Origin: an uncultured Anaerolineae bacterium
GTDB lineage: Bacteria > Chloroflexota > Anaerolineae > VGOG01
Direction of reading: 5' to 3'
Length of the DNA: 60,587 bases
Assembly: GCA_964625745.1 (NCBI GenBank)
Contig: CAZVCJ010000005.1
Coordinates: 6,514 to 67,100 of the forward strand
Part shown: piece after piece, positions 50,913-59,304 of the stretch
How the letters are laid out: each line of letters starts with the position of its first letter
Position numbering within the stretch: position 1 is the stretch's first letter
The notes under the pieces: model-generated
Told to the model about the DNA's origin: nothing
Databases searched by the model: none
Seen by the model: the letters and a program-made list of their open reading frames with translations, nothing else
Position numbers and translations under genes: made by a program

Positions 50913-53036
50913 CTACAAGAGATACGTATACAATGTTATCAGAAACAACACAGAGATGAGCGCTATCAACAAGTAGTTCTGCGCCCGGCCGGTCTGGAGA
51001 GGGCGAAGGGCCCGCCCCAGCCACTTGACGCTGTTACCCACCAGATTCACAGCCCCGTCAACCACATTCCTGTCGAACCAGCGATTGCCCAACGCTATGG
51101 CAAAGGCTCCTTTGGCAATGGCATGCAGCGTCCCGTCAATGATGCCTCTGTCAATCCAGGCGTAAACGTGATTAGCAATCCACACTGTAGGGCGAATGAA
51201 GACCACCGCGTAAATCTCGTCAATGTAGTACTTGTTGCGGAGAAGGGTGTGAACGGGGCCCAGGGCTTTCACCAGCGGGTCGGGCTGGCCAGCCTCCAGA
51301 GGTTTCCGCCCATAGACGAGCCATCCCAGGAAGAGCCCCCCCAGGGCCACCACCAGCGAGACCGCCAGCGGGAAGAAGTTAAAGGGTGCCGCTTCGGCCT
51401 CGATGTGCAGGGCTTCAGCCAAGCTGCCGATGAAATGGTGAAAGGGATTGTGCAAGATGCCGCCCAGCAGGGGGAAATCCTCGGGGATGCCGATCCAGCC
51501 GCCGATCACCGCGAAGCAAGCCAGCACCACCAGCGGAATTGTGATCCAGGGCACGCTCTCCGGCACGTGCTCCGCCACTTTGGTGCGGGGTTTGCCCAGG
51601 AAAGTCAGGCAAATCTGACGTCCAGTGTAGAAGGCGGTCAGCAACGCCGCCAATGCCAGGGTCCAGAAGACCAGGGTATGGCCATGAGCCCAGGCGTCGG
51701 CAAAGATCTCGTCCTTGGACCAGAAGCCAGCGGTGATGATCGGAAAGCCGGACAGAGCCAGTCCCCCTATGATGAAGGTCCAGGCGGTGAAGGGCATCCT
51801 TTTGAGCAGCCCACCCATGCCCGTCATGTCGTTGGGGTCAAATTCACCCTCACCCCCATGCCCCTCTCCCTGAGAGGGAGAGGGGTGAGGGGTGAGGGTA
51901 TGATGGGCGTGCTCCATGCCGTGGATGACCGAGCCGGAGCACAAAAACAGGAGGGCCTTGAAGAAGGCGTGGGTCAACAGGTGGAAAATGCCAGCGACGT
52001 AGGCCCCGATACCCAAAGCGGCGATCATGTAGCCCAACTGGCTGATGGTAGAGTAAGCCAGCACCCGCTTGATGTCATTCTGGGCCACGGCGATGGTCGC
52101 AGCAAAGAGAGCGGTGAAAGTGCCGATAGCAGCCACCACCGTAAGCTGCGGGCCGTGTTCCACAGCAGTAAAGAGGGGGAACATACGGGCCACCATGAAC
52201 ACACCAGCCGAGACCATGGTCGCAGCGTGGATCAGCGCGCTGACCGGCGTGGGACCTTCCATCGCGTCAGGCAACCAGACGTGGAGGGGGAACTGAGACG
52301 ATTTACCCACCGCTCCGCCAAAGATCAGGATGGCGATCACCGTAGCTATCGGCAACGTCCCCACCAGGGGCAGGGTCACACTGGTCTCAGCCAGGGTGTG
52401 AAGCGTCTCCGGGGCGAAAATGCGGGCGTAGGACAGATAGCCTGTCTGGGAGTAGAGATAGAGCATCCCCAGGAACATGATCACGTCGCCGATGCGGGTG
52501 GTAATGAAGGCCTTTATGCCAGCCAGGTAAGCCGAGCGCTTTTCGAACCAGAAGCCTATGAGGAGATAAGAGCAGAGGCCCATGATCTCCCAGAAGATGA
52601 AAAGCATCAACAGGTTATCGGCTACCACCAGGCCCAGCATCCCGCAGGCAAAGAGGGAGATGTAGGCGAAAAAGCGGGAGTAGCGGGGATCGCCGTGCAT
52701 GTAGCCCACGGAGTAGATGAAGATCATCAGGCAGACCAGAGGGACCATAAAAAGGCCGGCTGCGGTCAGGGGGTCCACCAGGACGCCCATGGTGAACCAA
52801 TCCTCGCCTATGGGAAGCCACCGAAACGCCGCGTGAAAAGGTTCTTCTCCCAGTTGATGCACCCCAATGGCTGTCCAGAAGACCAATTGGGAGACAACGA
52901 AGGACAAAGCAATGGCTCCAATAGCCAACCAGTGGCTGACCCTCTTCCAGCGGTTGAAAAAGAGGATGATCAGACCAAAGGCCAGCAGGGGGAACAGTGG
53001 GATCAACCAGGCCAGGTTAAAGAAAAACTCTTGCAT
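50913..53036 (-). CDS. nuoL: NADH-quinone oxidoreductase subunit L
   Basis: HVWLPDAMEGPTPVSALIHAATMV, DMTGMGGL, and a long C-terminal amphipathic-helix region. Confidence 0.9.
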   Translation of the reverse strand: MQEFFFNLAWLIPLFPLLAFGLIILFFNRWKRVSHWLAIGAIALSFVVSQLVFWTAIGVHQLGEEPFHAAFRWLPIGEDWFTMGVLVDPLTAAGLFMVPLVCLMIFIYSVGYMHGDPRYSRFFAYISLFACGMLGLVVADNLLMLFIFWEIMGLCSYLLIGFWFEKRSAYLAGIKAFITTRIGDVIMFLGMLYLYSQTGYLSYARIFAPETLHTLAETSVTLPLVGTLPIATVIAILIFGGAVGKSSQFPLHVWLPDAMEGPTPVSALIHAATMVSAGVFMVARMFPLFTAVEHGPQLTVVAAIGTFTALFAATIAVAQNDIKRVLAYSTISQLGYMIAALGIGAYVAGIFHLLTHAFFKALLFLCSGSVIHGMEHAHHTLTPHPSPSQGEGHGGEGEFDPNDMTGMGGLLKRMPFTAWTFIIGGLALSGFPIITAGFWSKDEIFADAWAHGHTLVFWTLALAALLTAFYTGRQICLTFLGKPRTKVAEHVPESVPWITIPLVVLACFAVIGGWIGIPEDFPLLGGILHNPFHHFIGSLAEALHIEAEAAPFNFFPLAVSLVVALGGLFLGWLVYGRKPLEAGQPDPLVKALGPVHTLLRNKYYIDEIYAVVFIRPTVWIANHVYAWIDRGIIDGTLHAIAKGAFAIALGNRWFDRNVVDGAVNLVGNSVKWLGRALRPLQTGRAQNYLLIALISVLFLITLYTYLL
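51846..51899. repeat. nested perfect palindrome inside nuoL
   Basis: ACCCTCACCCCCatgCCCCTCTCCCTgagAGGGAGAGGGGtgaGGGGTGAGGGT, translated as TLTPHPSPSQGEGHGGEGE just before the conserved DMxGMGGL. Confidence 0.8.
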
Positions 53037-53049
53037 GAATTACCTCTTA

Positions 53050-53112
53050 CTGGAGATTGGAGGTTGGAGGTTGGACAATCCAACTTCCAACTTGCAACCT
53101 CTAACTTCCAAG
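53050..53112. repeat. GGAGGTTGGA / TCCAACTTCC word hairpin in the nuoL-nuoK spacer
   Basis: ggagattggaggttggaggttggacaatccaacttccaacttgcaacctctaacttcc. Confidence 0.75.
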
Positions 53113-53115
53113 TGG

Positions 53116-53433
53116 CTACCACTTCATCAAGTCAATATCTTCCACGATGACCGTGTCGCGGCTGCGATAGATGGCGATGATCAGAGCCAGGCCCACGGCG
53201 GCTTCGGCTGCGGCCACGGTGAGGACAAAGATGGCGAAGACCTGGCCGATGACCGCCTGGGGGGTGATGTAGCGCCAGAAGGCTACCAGATTGATGTTCA
53301 CGGCGTTCAGCATCAGCTCGATGCCCATCAGGATGCCGATGGCATTGCGGCGGGACAGGACTCCGTATAGACCGATGCAGAACAAAGCGGCAGCGACGAC
53401 TAGATACCAAGATAAAGGGATTACCATATTCAT
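53116..53433 (-). CDS. nuoK: NADH-quinone oxidoreductase subunit K
   Basis: [36 protein letters not shown]. Start ambiguous among several ATGs between 53427 and 53454. Confidence 0.88.
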   Translation of the reverse strand: MNMVIPLSWYLVVAAALFCIGLYGVLSRRNAIGILMGIELMLNAVNINLVAFWRYITPQAVIGQVFAIFVLTVAAAEAAVGLALIIAIYRSRDTVIVEDIDLMKW

Positions 53434-53447
53434 TGCCATTTCCATTT

Positions 53448-53476
53448 TTGACAAATGCGATCTCTTGTGCTATACT
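53448..53476 (+). promoter_or_regulatory. plus-strand promoter-like TTGACA-N17(TGC)-TATACT, antisense to the nuo operon
   Basis: TTGACA 53448-53453, TATACT 53471-53476; same architecture as other promoters in the window. Confidence 0.35.
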
Positions 53477-53565
53477 TTTGTCCAGAACCGGGTGACCTGG
53501 TGAATCCCTGGCACACCACCAGGGTGTAAGCAGGTTGTGTCGCGCAAGCGTCCCCCGGTCATTTT

Positions 53566-54036
53566 TTATGCCCGTGCCAACGCTTCCAACAACTCATTGA
53601 GCGTTACCCTGCGGTCGGGCTCTTCACGTCCTCGCGATATGGCGATGGCTCGCCTATGTGCTCCAGATTTCCTCCCCACCCTGTCGAATGTGACGACCTC
53701 TTTGGGTATCCACAGCCCAGTTGTTCCCCGAAGCAGTTGTAGTAACCGGCCTCTCAACATGGCTTCATGTCCTGGGTATTCCTCATCAATGACCACCAGC
53801 GTCAGTTGATCAGCCACATCTCGCAAAAGCAAGAATAATGCAGCAGCAAATATCAGGAGTACAGCCAGCTTTGTTGATTTGTCTAACCGACGCAGACGAG
53901 CAAGGGCCTCACGCTTAACGGCGGCCGGGATAAGGATAGCATATTGCCGTTGATTAGAGAAGGCCAGCACTGTATCCTGTGGTTCTTCTATCCGTCTACT
54001 TTGATCAACCTCAAGTTGTAGTCCGGCATGAACCAC
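53566..54036 (-). CDS. hypothetical protein (156 aa) inserted between nuoJ and nuoK
   Basis: GTG start 8 nt after the nuoJ stop. One hydrophobic stretch LAVLLIFAAALFLLL. Motif LVVIDEEYPGHE. AT-richer; no domain recognised. Confidence 0.5.
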   Translation of the reverse strand: MVHAGLQLEVDQSRRIEEPQDTVLAFSNQRQYAILIPAAVKREALARLRRLDKSTKLAVLLIFAAALFLLLRDVADQLTLVVIDEEYPGHEAMLRGRLLQLLRGTTGLWIPKEVVTFDRVGRKSGAHRRAIAISRGREEPDRRVTLNELLEALARA

Positions 54037-54042
54037 CGAGGG

Positions 54043-54543
54043 TCATTCCCTTTCCCTCGCGATGATAATCGAACCCACCAGCGCTACAAGCAGCAGCACC
54101 GAGGCTACCTCGAAGGGCACGGCATAGGTGCTCATCAATTCCTGGCCAAGGATGCTTATACTTTCGTAAGAGACGGCGGCCTCTACCACAGGCCAATTCA
54201 CTCTCAGCAAGACAAAGCCTAACACAGCAAAGAAGAGCAAGGCCACCAGGCTTGAGATGCCCCATTGGGCGTTGCGCTGCACCAGATCTTTGGCCATCAG
54301 GCGACGAGTGAGCATGATGGCGAAGATGATCAGGATGGCGATGGCTCCCACGTAGACCAGGATCTGCACCGCAGCCAGGAAGCCCGCTTCCAGCAAAACG
54401 TACAACCCCGCCACACCCACAAAGGAGAGGACCATGAAGAGCGCGCTGTGGAACAGGTTCTTGCTCGTCACGACGGCCACGGCGGCTCCTAGTGTTATGA
54501 TACTGAAGACAATGAAGACAACTTGCAGCATGCTCGCTCCCAC
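54043..54543 (-). CDS. nuoJ: NADH-quinone oxidoreductase subunit J
   Basis: 166 aa; five hydrophobic helices; VYVGAIAILIIF motif. Confidence 0.88.
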   Translation of the reverse strand: MGASMLQVVFIVFSIITLGAAVAVVTSKNLFHSALFMVLSFVGVAGLYVLLEAGFLAAVQILVYVGAIAILIIFAIMLTRRLMAKDLVQRNAQWGISSLVALLFFAVLGFVLLRVNWPVVEAAVSYESISILGQELMSTYAVPFEVASVLLLVALVGSIIIARERE

Positions 54544-54551
54544 CTTTTGGG

Positions 54552-54623
54552 ATTAGAGATTAGAGATTGGAGGTTGGAGATTGGACTTACAACTTCCATT
54601 TTCCAACTTCCATCTTCCAACTT
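54552..54623. repeat. word hairpin in the nuoJ-nuoI spacer
   Basis: gattagagattagagattggaggttggagattggacttacaacttccattttccaacttccatcttccaacttc. Confidence 0.75.
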
Positions 54624-55121
54624 CTATTCCCAATCCTTCCCCGACTCATGAACGCCGTACTTATCCCCGATGGCCAACATCTTCTCCAAATCCCACACCA
54701 TCTCCGGCGAATAGCTGGCCAGTTCGTATTCGTGGCTCATCTCGATGGCACTGAAGGTGCAGGCCTCCACACAGAGGCGACAGAAAAGGCACCGCGCCAG
54801 GTTGTAGCAGAAGGCGGTCACTTTTCGCTCCCGCCCCTTGCCCTCTCCTTCCACTTCGAGGACGTTATTGGGACAGGCTCGCACACACAAGCCGCAAGCG
54901 GTGCACTTCGGCTCGCCCGTCTCGGCATCGCGCAGTTGCATCAACGCGCCGCGGAAGCGGGGAAACATGGGCAGCTTCTCCTCAGGATACTGCACCGTGA
55001 AGAGGCCTTCCAGCACGGGGTCGGGACGTATGCCTCCTCGAATCCCCGTATGTCCCAGATAGCTCTGGACGAAATGCTTGCCCGCAACCCAAAGACCTTT
55101 TGCTATGCCTAGACCGAACAT
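54624..55121 (-). CDS. nuoI: NADH-quinone oxidoreductase subunit I
   Basis: Two 4Fe-4S motifs CTACGLCVRACP and CLFCRLCVEACT. Confidence 0.92.
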   Translation of the reverse strand: MFGLGIAKGLWVAGKHFVQSYLGHTGIRGGIRPDPVLEGLFTVQYPEEKLPMFPRFRGALMQLRDAETGEPKCTACGLCVRACPNNVLEVEGEGKGRERKVTAFCYNLARCLFCRLCVEACTFSAIEMSHEYELASYSPEMVWDLEKMLAIGDKYGVHESGKDWE

Positions 55122-55149
55122 GAATACCTCTTACGAATCAGCGAATCTG

Positions 55150-56307
55150 CTATCTTCGCGCCGTGATGCGTTGCAGGCGCCTGGATCGCGACTTGCGACT
55201 GACAAAGGCCAGGAGGCCGATAACGACGGCGGCAATGGCAATGTTGGCAACCAGCAGGACAAAGCTTTGCACGAGACCATCAGCGATCAATTTGTCCACC
55301 AGGCCGACCGCCATCAAGTTGACCAGCGCCAGCGGCACCAGGAATTTCCAGGCCAGGTTCAGCAGGTGATCAATGCGGATGCGCGGTATCATGCTGCGTA
55401 CCCACCAGAAGAGAAAGATGACCGCCGCGCACTTGACGAAGAACCAGACGTAGCCCGGCAGGATGGGGCCACGCCAGCCGGCCAGGAAAAGAGTGGTGAT
55501 GACGGCAGACATGGCGAACAGGTTGATGTACTCGGCCATGAAGAACATCACGAACTTCATCCCGCTGTACTCGGTGAAGTAGCCAGCCACCAGCTCCGAG
55601 TCGGCCTCGATCATGTCGAAGGGAGCTCGGTACAGCTCTGCGAAGGACGCCAGCAGGTAGACGAAGAAAACCAGGGGCATGGTGATGAGATACGGCACCG
55701 ACTGCTGGCGCACGATCTCGACCATGGACATCGAGCCGGTCAGCAAGACGACGGCCACGATGCTCAACAACATCGGGATCTCGTAGCTGATGAGTTGGGC
55801 CACCACGCGAAAAGCGCCCAGCAGCGAATACTTATTGTTGGACGACCAGCCGGCCATCAAGACGGCAATGGTTCCCAGAGAAGCGATAGCCACTATGTAC
55901 AGGATGCCGATGTTGAGATCGGCGCCCCACGCCCCCTCGCCAAACGGCAGCACAGCGTAAATGAGCACGGCGGGGATGATGATGCAGATAGGGGCCAGGA
56001 GATGCACCCAGTAGTCGGCTCCCTGGGGGACGATGTCCTCTTTTGTCAGCATCTTGATGCCATCGGCCACAGGAGTGAGAATGCCCCACGGTCCCCAGCG
56101 GTTGGGACCCAAGCGGTCTTGAAATCGCCCGATGACCTTGCGCTCGCCCAGGGTGAGAACCAGCACCGAACCCAGTCCGATGAAAAGAAGAATGAGGCCC
56201 ACCCCGAAGTGCACCACGAGTCCCGCAGCCCACAGCGGCAGGAACCCGGCCAGCCAGGTGGTGATGGCCTCACGAAGATTGACGAACAATAGATTCAGTA
56301 CATCCAT
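55150..56307 (-). CDS. nuoH: NADH-quinone oxidoreductase subunit H
   Basis: GERKVIGRFQDRLGPNR, AELYRAPFDMIEADSELVAGY. Confidence 0.92.
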   Translation of the reverse strand: MDVLNLLFVNLREAITTWLAGFLPLWAAGLVVHFGVGLILLFIGLGSVLVLTLGERKVIGRFQDRLGPNRWGPWGILTPVADGIKMLTKEDIVPQGADYWVHLLAPICIIIPAVLIYAVLPFGEGAWGADLNIGILYIVAIASLGTIAVLMAGWSSNNKYSLLGAFRVVAQLISYEIPMLLSIVAVVLLTGSMSMVEIVRQQSVPYLITMPLVFFVYLLASFAELYRAPFDMIEADSELVAGYFTEYSGMKFVMFFMAEYINLFAMSAVITTLFLAGWRGPILPGYVWFFVKCAAVIFLFWWVRSMIPRIRIDHLLNLAWKFLVPLALVNLMAVGLVDKLIADGLVQSFVLLVANIAIAAVVIGLLAFVSRKSRSRRLQRITARR

Positions 56308-56317
56308 GCCTTGTCCC

Positions 56318-57424
56318 CTAACGATCCAAGTCGGCCATGGTCAGGTTGACACTGCCCACAATGATCACGATGTCCTGTATTTTGTGCCCCTCGCACATTT
56401 CCTTCAGGGCGCTGAGGTTGATCTGCGACGGTGGGCGGATTCGGACGCGGTAAGGCTTGGCCGACCCATCGCTCACGACGTAGAAGCTCAACTCTCCCTT
56501 GGGACACTCAATGCGCCCGTAGGCCTCGCCCTGGGGCGGACGGCGCAAAGCCTTAGCCGCCTGATCGTTCATCACTTCGCCCTCTGGAATGTCAGTCAGC
56601 GCCTGATCAATGATCCGCACACTCTGGCGCATCTCTTTGATGTGCTGGTAGTAACGGTCGTAGACGTCGCCGCTGGGGCAGGTGGGCACTTCAAAATCGA
56701 AGCGGTCGTAGATGGAGTAGTGGTCCACCTTGCGGATGTCGTAGTCCACGCCGGAGGCGCGCAGCATAGGGCCGGTGATACTGGCGTTAATGGCCACATC
56801 GGCAGGTAGCACCCCGACATCCACGGCCCGGGCCAGGAAGACCTCGTTCTCATTCAGGAAAGTCTCCAACTGGTCAATGAAACCTTTGAAGTGATCGCTG
56901 AACTTCTTAGCAGCCGGCAGGAACTCTTCCGGCAGGTCAGCCGACACACCGCCAGGCCGCATGTAGTTGCACATCATCCGCGAGCCACAAGCCCTCTCGA
57001 AGAGGTCCAGAATGTGCTCGCGAGCTCGGAAGCAATAGAGGACCGGCGTAAAGTACGCGCCCAGCTCATTCCACAGGAAACCGACGGCCATCATGTGGTT
57101 GATGAGGCGGGTCAGCTCGGCCATGATGACCCGGATGTACTCTGCCCGCTCAGGCACCTCAAGCCCCAGGAGTTTCTCCACGGCCGTCACATACGCCTGG
57201 TTATTGGTCATTGAGCAGACATAGTCCAGACGGTCGGTTAATGGCACTACCTGCACGTAGGTTACATCCTCGCAGAGCTTTTCGATGCCCCGATGCAGGT
57301 AACCCATGACCGGTTCAAGGCCCACCACGGTTTCGCCGTCCAGTTGCAATTTCAATCTGAACACCCCGTGAGTGCTGGGATGCTGGGGGCCTAAGTTGAG
57401 TGTGATGGTCTCTGTTTTGAGCAT
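56318..57424 (-). CDS. nuoD: NADH-quinone oxidoreductase subunit D
   Basis: LNLGPQHPSTHGVFRL, HRGIEKL, C-terminal IVGSVNLTMADLDR. Confidence 0.92.
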   Translation of the reverse strand: MLKTETITLNLGPQHPSTHGVFRLKLQLDGETVVGLEPVMGYLHRGIEKLCEDVTYVQVVPLTDRLDYVCSMTNNQAYVTAVEKLLGLEVPERAEYIRVIMAELTRLINHMMAVGFLWNELGAYFTPVLYCFRAREHILDLFERACGSRMMCNYMRPGGVSADLPEEFLPAAKKFSDHFKGFIDQLETFLNENEVFLARAVDVGVLPADVAINASITGPMLRASGVDYDIRKVDHYSIYDRFDFEVPTCPSGDVYDRYYQHIKEMRQSVRIIDQALTDIPEGEVMNDQAAKALRRPPQGEAYGRIECPKGELSFYVVSDGSAKPYRVRIRPPSQINLSALKEMCEGHKIQDIVIIVGSVNLTMADLDR

Positions 57425-57483
57425 ACGTTGTCCAGTTGGTTTATCGTTTATGGTTTATCATCGCCGGCAAATGGCGAGTGACT

Positions 57484-57648
57484 CTATCTCAGTAGTTCCT
57501 CGACCGTTGCCAGGTATGTCTCTATAGCATCCTTTATGTTTTCTAGTGCTTCTTCCTCAGTAGAACCCTGGGACCAACATCCTGGCAATCCAGGGCACCA
57601 GACCGCATAACCTTCGTCGGTTTTCTCAAGCTTGACTCTATATCTCAT
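57484..57648 (-). CDS. HicB-like (UPF0150) small protein, 54 aa, not in the ORF track
   Basis: My translation is MRYRVKLEKTDEGYAVWCPGLPGCWSQGSTEEEALENIKDAIETYLATVEELLR*, the canonical HicB N-domain pattern. RBS GAGAGG; AT-rich DNA. Confidence 0.6.
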   Translation of the reverse strand: MRYRVKLEKTDEGYAVWCPGLPGCWSQGSTEEEALENIKDAIETYLATVEELLR

Positions 57649-57660
57649 CAAGAACCTCTC

Positions 57661-58155
57661 TCACCAGTCCGGCCCTGTGGGTCGCGTGGGCTTCAACTCT
57701 TCAAAGGTGTAGGTCCGATTCTCGAAATCCTTGCGCAGCGGGTGGCCGGGGAACCCCTCCCAAAGCAGGATGCGCTTGAGGTTGGGGTGGCCCTCGAAGC
57801 GAATGCCCATGAGATCATAAGCCTCGCGCTCCTGGTAGTTGGCTCCCCGCCAAACGGGAGTCACCGACGGAACCGCCGGGTTCTCCCTGTCCTCGATGTA
57901 GACTTTCAGCACAAAGGGCTCGGTCGTCCGCTCCTTGACGGACCACAGGTGGTAAACCACCTCGAACCGCTCTGGCCGGTCCACGGCAGTCAGCAAGGCC
58001 AGGTAATCCAGTCCACACTCGTCGTGCAGAAACCGCGCCACAGCGGCCACTTTCTCCGGCCCGATAGCCACCGTGAAATCAATCAACTCCGGCACATCAA
58101 CCACGGCCTCGGGAAAGCGTTCTCTGAGCTTGCTTAGAATCTCCTCGTTGGTCAC
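57661..58155 (-). CDS. nuoC: NADH-quinone oxidoreductase subunit C
   Basis: ANYQEREAYDLMGIRFEGHPNLKRILL motif. Confidence 0.9.
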   Translation of the reverse strand: MTNEEILSKLRERFPEAVVDVPELIDFTVAIGPEKVAAVARFLHDECGLDYLALLTAVDRPERFEVVYHLWSVKERTTEPFVLKVYIEDRENPAVPSVTPVWRGANYQEREAYDLMGIRFEGHPNLKRILLWEGFPGHPLRKDFENRTYTFEELKPTRPTGPDW

Positions 58156-58205
58156 CTCACTACCTCACTGAATACTGGCTACTCATCACTCGTTATCGTT
58201 ACTGC

Positions 58206-58706
58206 TCACTTGTACCACGACACCGTCTTTATGGATTGATTCATCACCATGTCGTGCAGCTTCATGAATCCCTCGAGCAAGGCCTCGGGTCGCGGGGGAC
58301 AGCCAGGCACGTAGACATCCACAGGCAGAATCTCTTTGGCCCCTTGCAACACGGCATAAGACGAGAAAGGGCCGCCCGATATGGCACAGTTGCCCATGGC
58401 CAGCACGTACTTGGGTTCTGGCATCTGATTGTAGATGCGCAACACCTGGGGGGCCATCTTGTGAGTGATGGTGCCAGCTACGATCATCAAGTCGGCTTGC
58501 CTGGGCGAGGGACGCATGATCTCCATCCCAAAGCGCGACATGTCGTAGCGAGCAGCCGCCGCGGCGATCATCTCAATAGCACAGCAGGCCAACCCAAAAC
58601 TAACCGGCCACATGCTCGACTTGCGCCCCCAGTTGTAGACCTTGTCTACGGTAGTGAGGAAGATGTTACGTTTAAGCTGCTCTTCAATCAATTCTTCTTC
58701 AGACAT
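58206..58706 (-). CDS. nuoB: NADH-quinone oxidoreductase subunit B
   Basis: [20 protein letters not shown] and [11 protein letters not shown] cluster-N2 ligands. Confidence 0.93.
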   Translation of the reverse strand: MSEEELIEEQLKRNIFLTTVDKVYNWGRKSSMWPVSFGLACCAIEMIAAAAARYDMSRFGMEIMRPSPRQADLMIVAGTITHKMAPQVLRIYNQMPEPKYVLAMGNCAISGGPFSSYAVLQGAKEILPVDVYVPGCPPRPEALLEGFMKLHDMVMNQSIKTVSWYK

Positions 58707-58718
58707 AGATTCCTCTTG

Positions 58719-59075
58719 CTACACCCACTCCAGCGCACCCTTCCGCCAGGCGTAGATCAAGCCACCCACCAGGATAGCCAGGAAGATGAACATCTCCACC
58801 AGGGCGAAGAGGCCCAACTGGTTGTAGGCCACTGCCCAGGGATAAAGAAAAACGGTCTCGATATCGAAGATGACGAAGACCAGGGCGTAGATGTAATACT
58901 GAACCCTGAACTGTACCCACGTCTCACCGATTGTCTCGAGACCGCATTCGTAGGTGGAAGATTTAACGGGGTCTGGCTTTTTGGGGCGAACGATGAAGGC
59001 CAAGGCTAAGGCAATAATGGGGAAGAGAATGGCAATGATGGCAAAGATACCGATGAAGATATATTGGGTTAGCAA
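58719..59075 (-). CDS. nuoA: NADH-quinone oxidoreductase subunit A
   Basis: YECGLE...[29 protein letters not shown] 59075 after GAAGGAG preferred over the track start 59192. Confidence 0.85.
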   Translation of the reverse strand: MLTQYIFIGIFAIIAILFPIIALALAFIVRPKKPDPVKSSTYECGLETIGETWVQFRVQYYIYALVFVIFDIETVFLYPWAVAYNQLGLFALVEMFIFLAILVGGLIYAWRKGALEWV

Positions 59076-59115
59076 AGCCCAAACTCCTTCGTTGATGCTG
59101 TCACAAACGCGGACT

Positions 59116-59144
59116 ATTATAACATACTTCTCGCAAAAGGACAA
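59116..59144 (-). promoter_or_regulatory. nuo promoter P1: TTGTCC-N17(TGT)-TATAAT
   Basis: Minus strand: TATAAT is the reverse complement of 59116-59121 and TTGTCC of 59139-59144. Confidence 0.45.
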
Positions 59145-59203
59145 GCGTAAGTCGCGGGACAAAGAGCCCAAATTCCTCGTTGACCTTGACACAAACGGGC
59201 GAT

Positions 59204-59232
59204 ATTATAGCATACTTCTCGCAAATGTGCAA
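59204..59232 (-). promoter_or_regulatory. nuo promoter P2: TTGCAC-N17(TGC)-TATAAT
   Basis: Minus strand: TATAAT is the reverse complement of 59204-59209 and TTGCAC of 59227-59232. It lies in a ~55-bp unit duplicated 88 bp from P1. Confidence 0.45.
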
Positions 59233-59304
59233 ATGGTGCAAAAGTGACTCTTGGCGAAAGATGTGGTATAATAGGATCATCAGCGAGGAAGGGATGATCC
59301 AGCT

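Noticed and set aside
53537-53809. 90-aa plus-strand ORF downstream of the antisense promoter inside the nuo operon
   Set aside because: Ser/Pro/Arg-rich with no RBS. It lies entirely antisense to the better-supported 156-aa ORF. The promoter is retained as a possible antisense-RNA promoter only.
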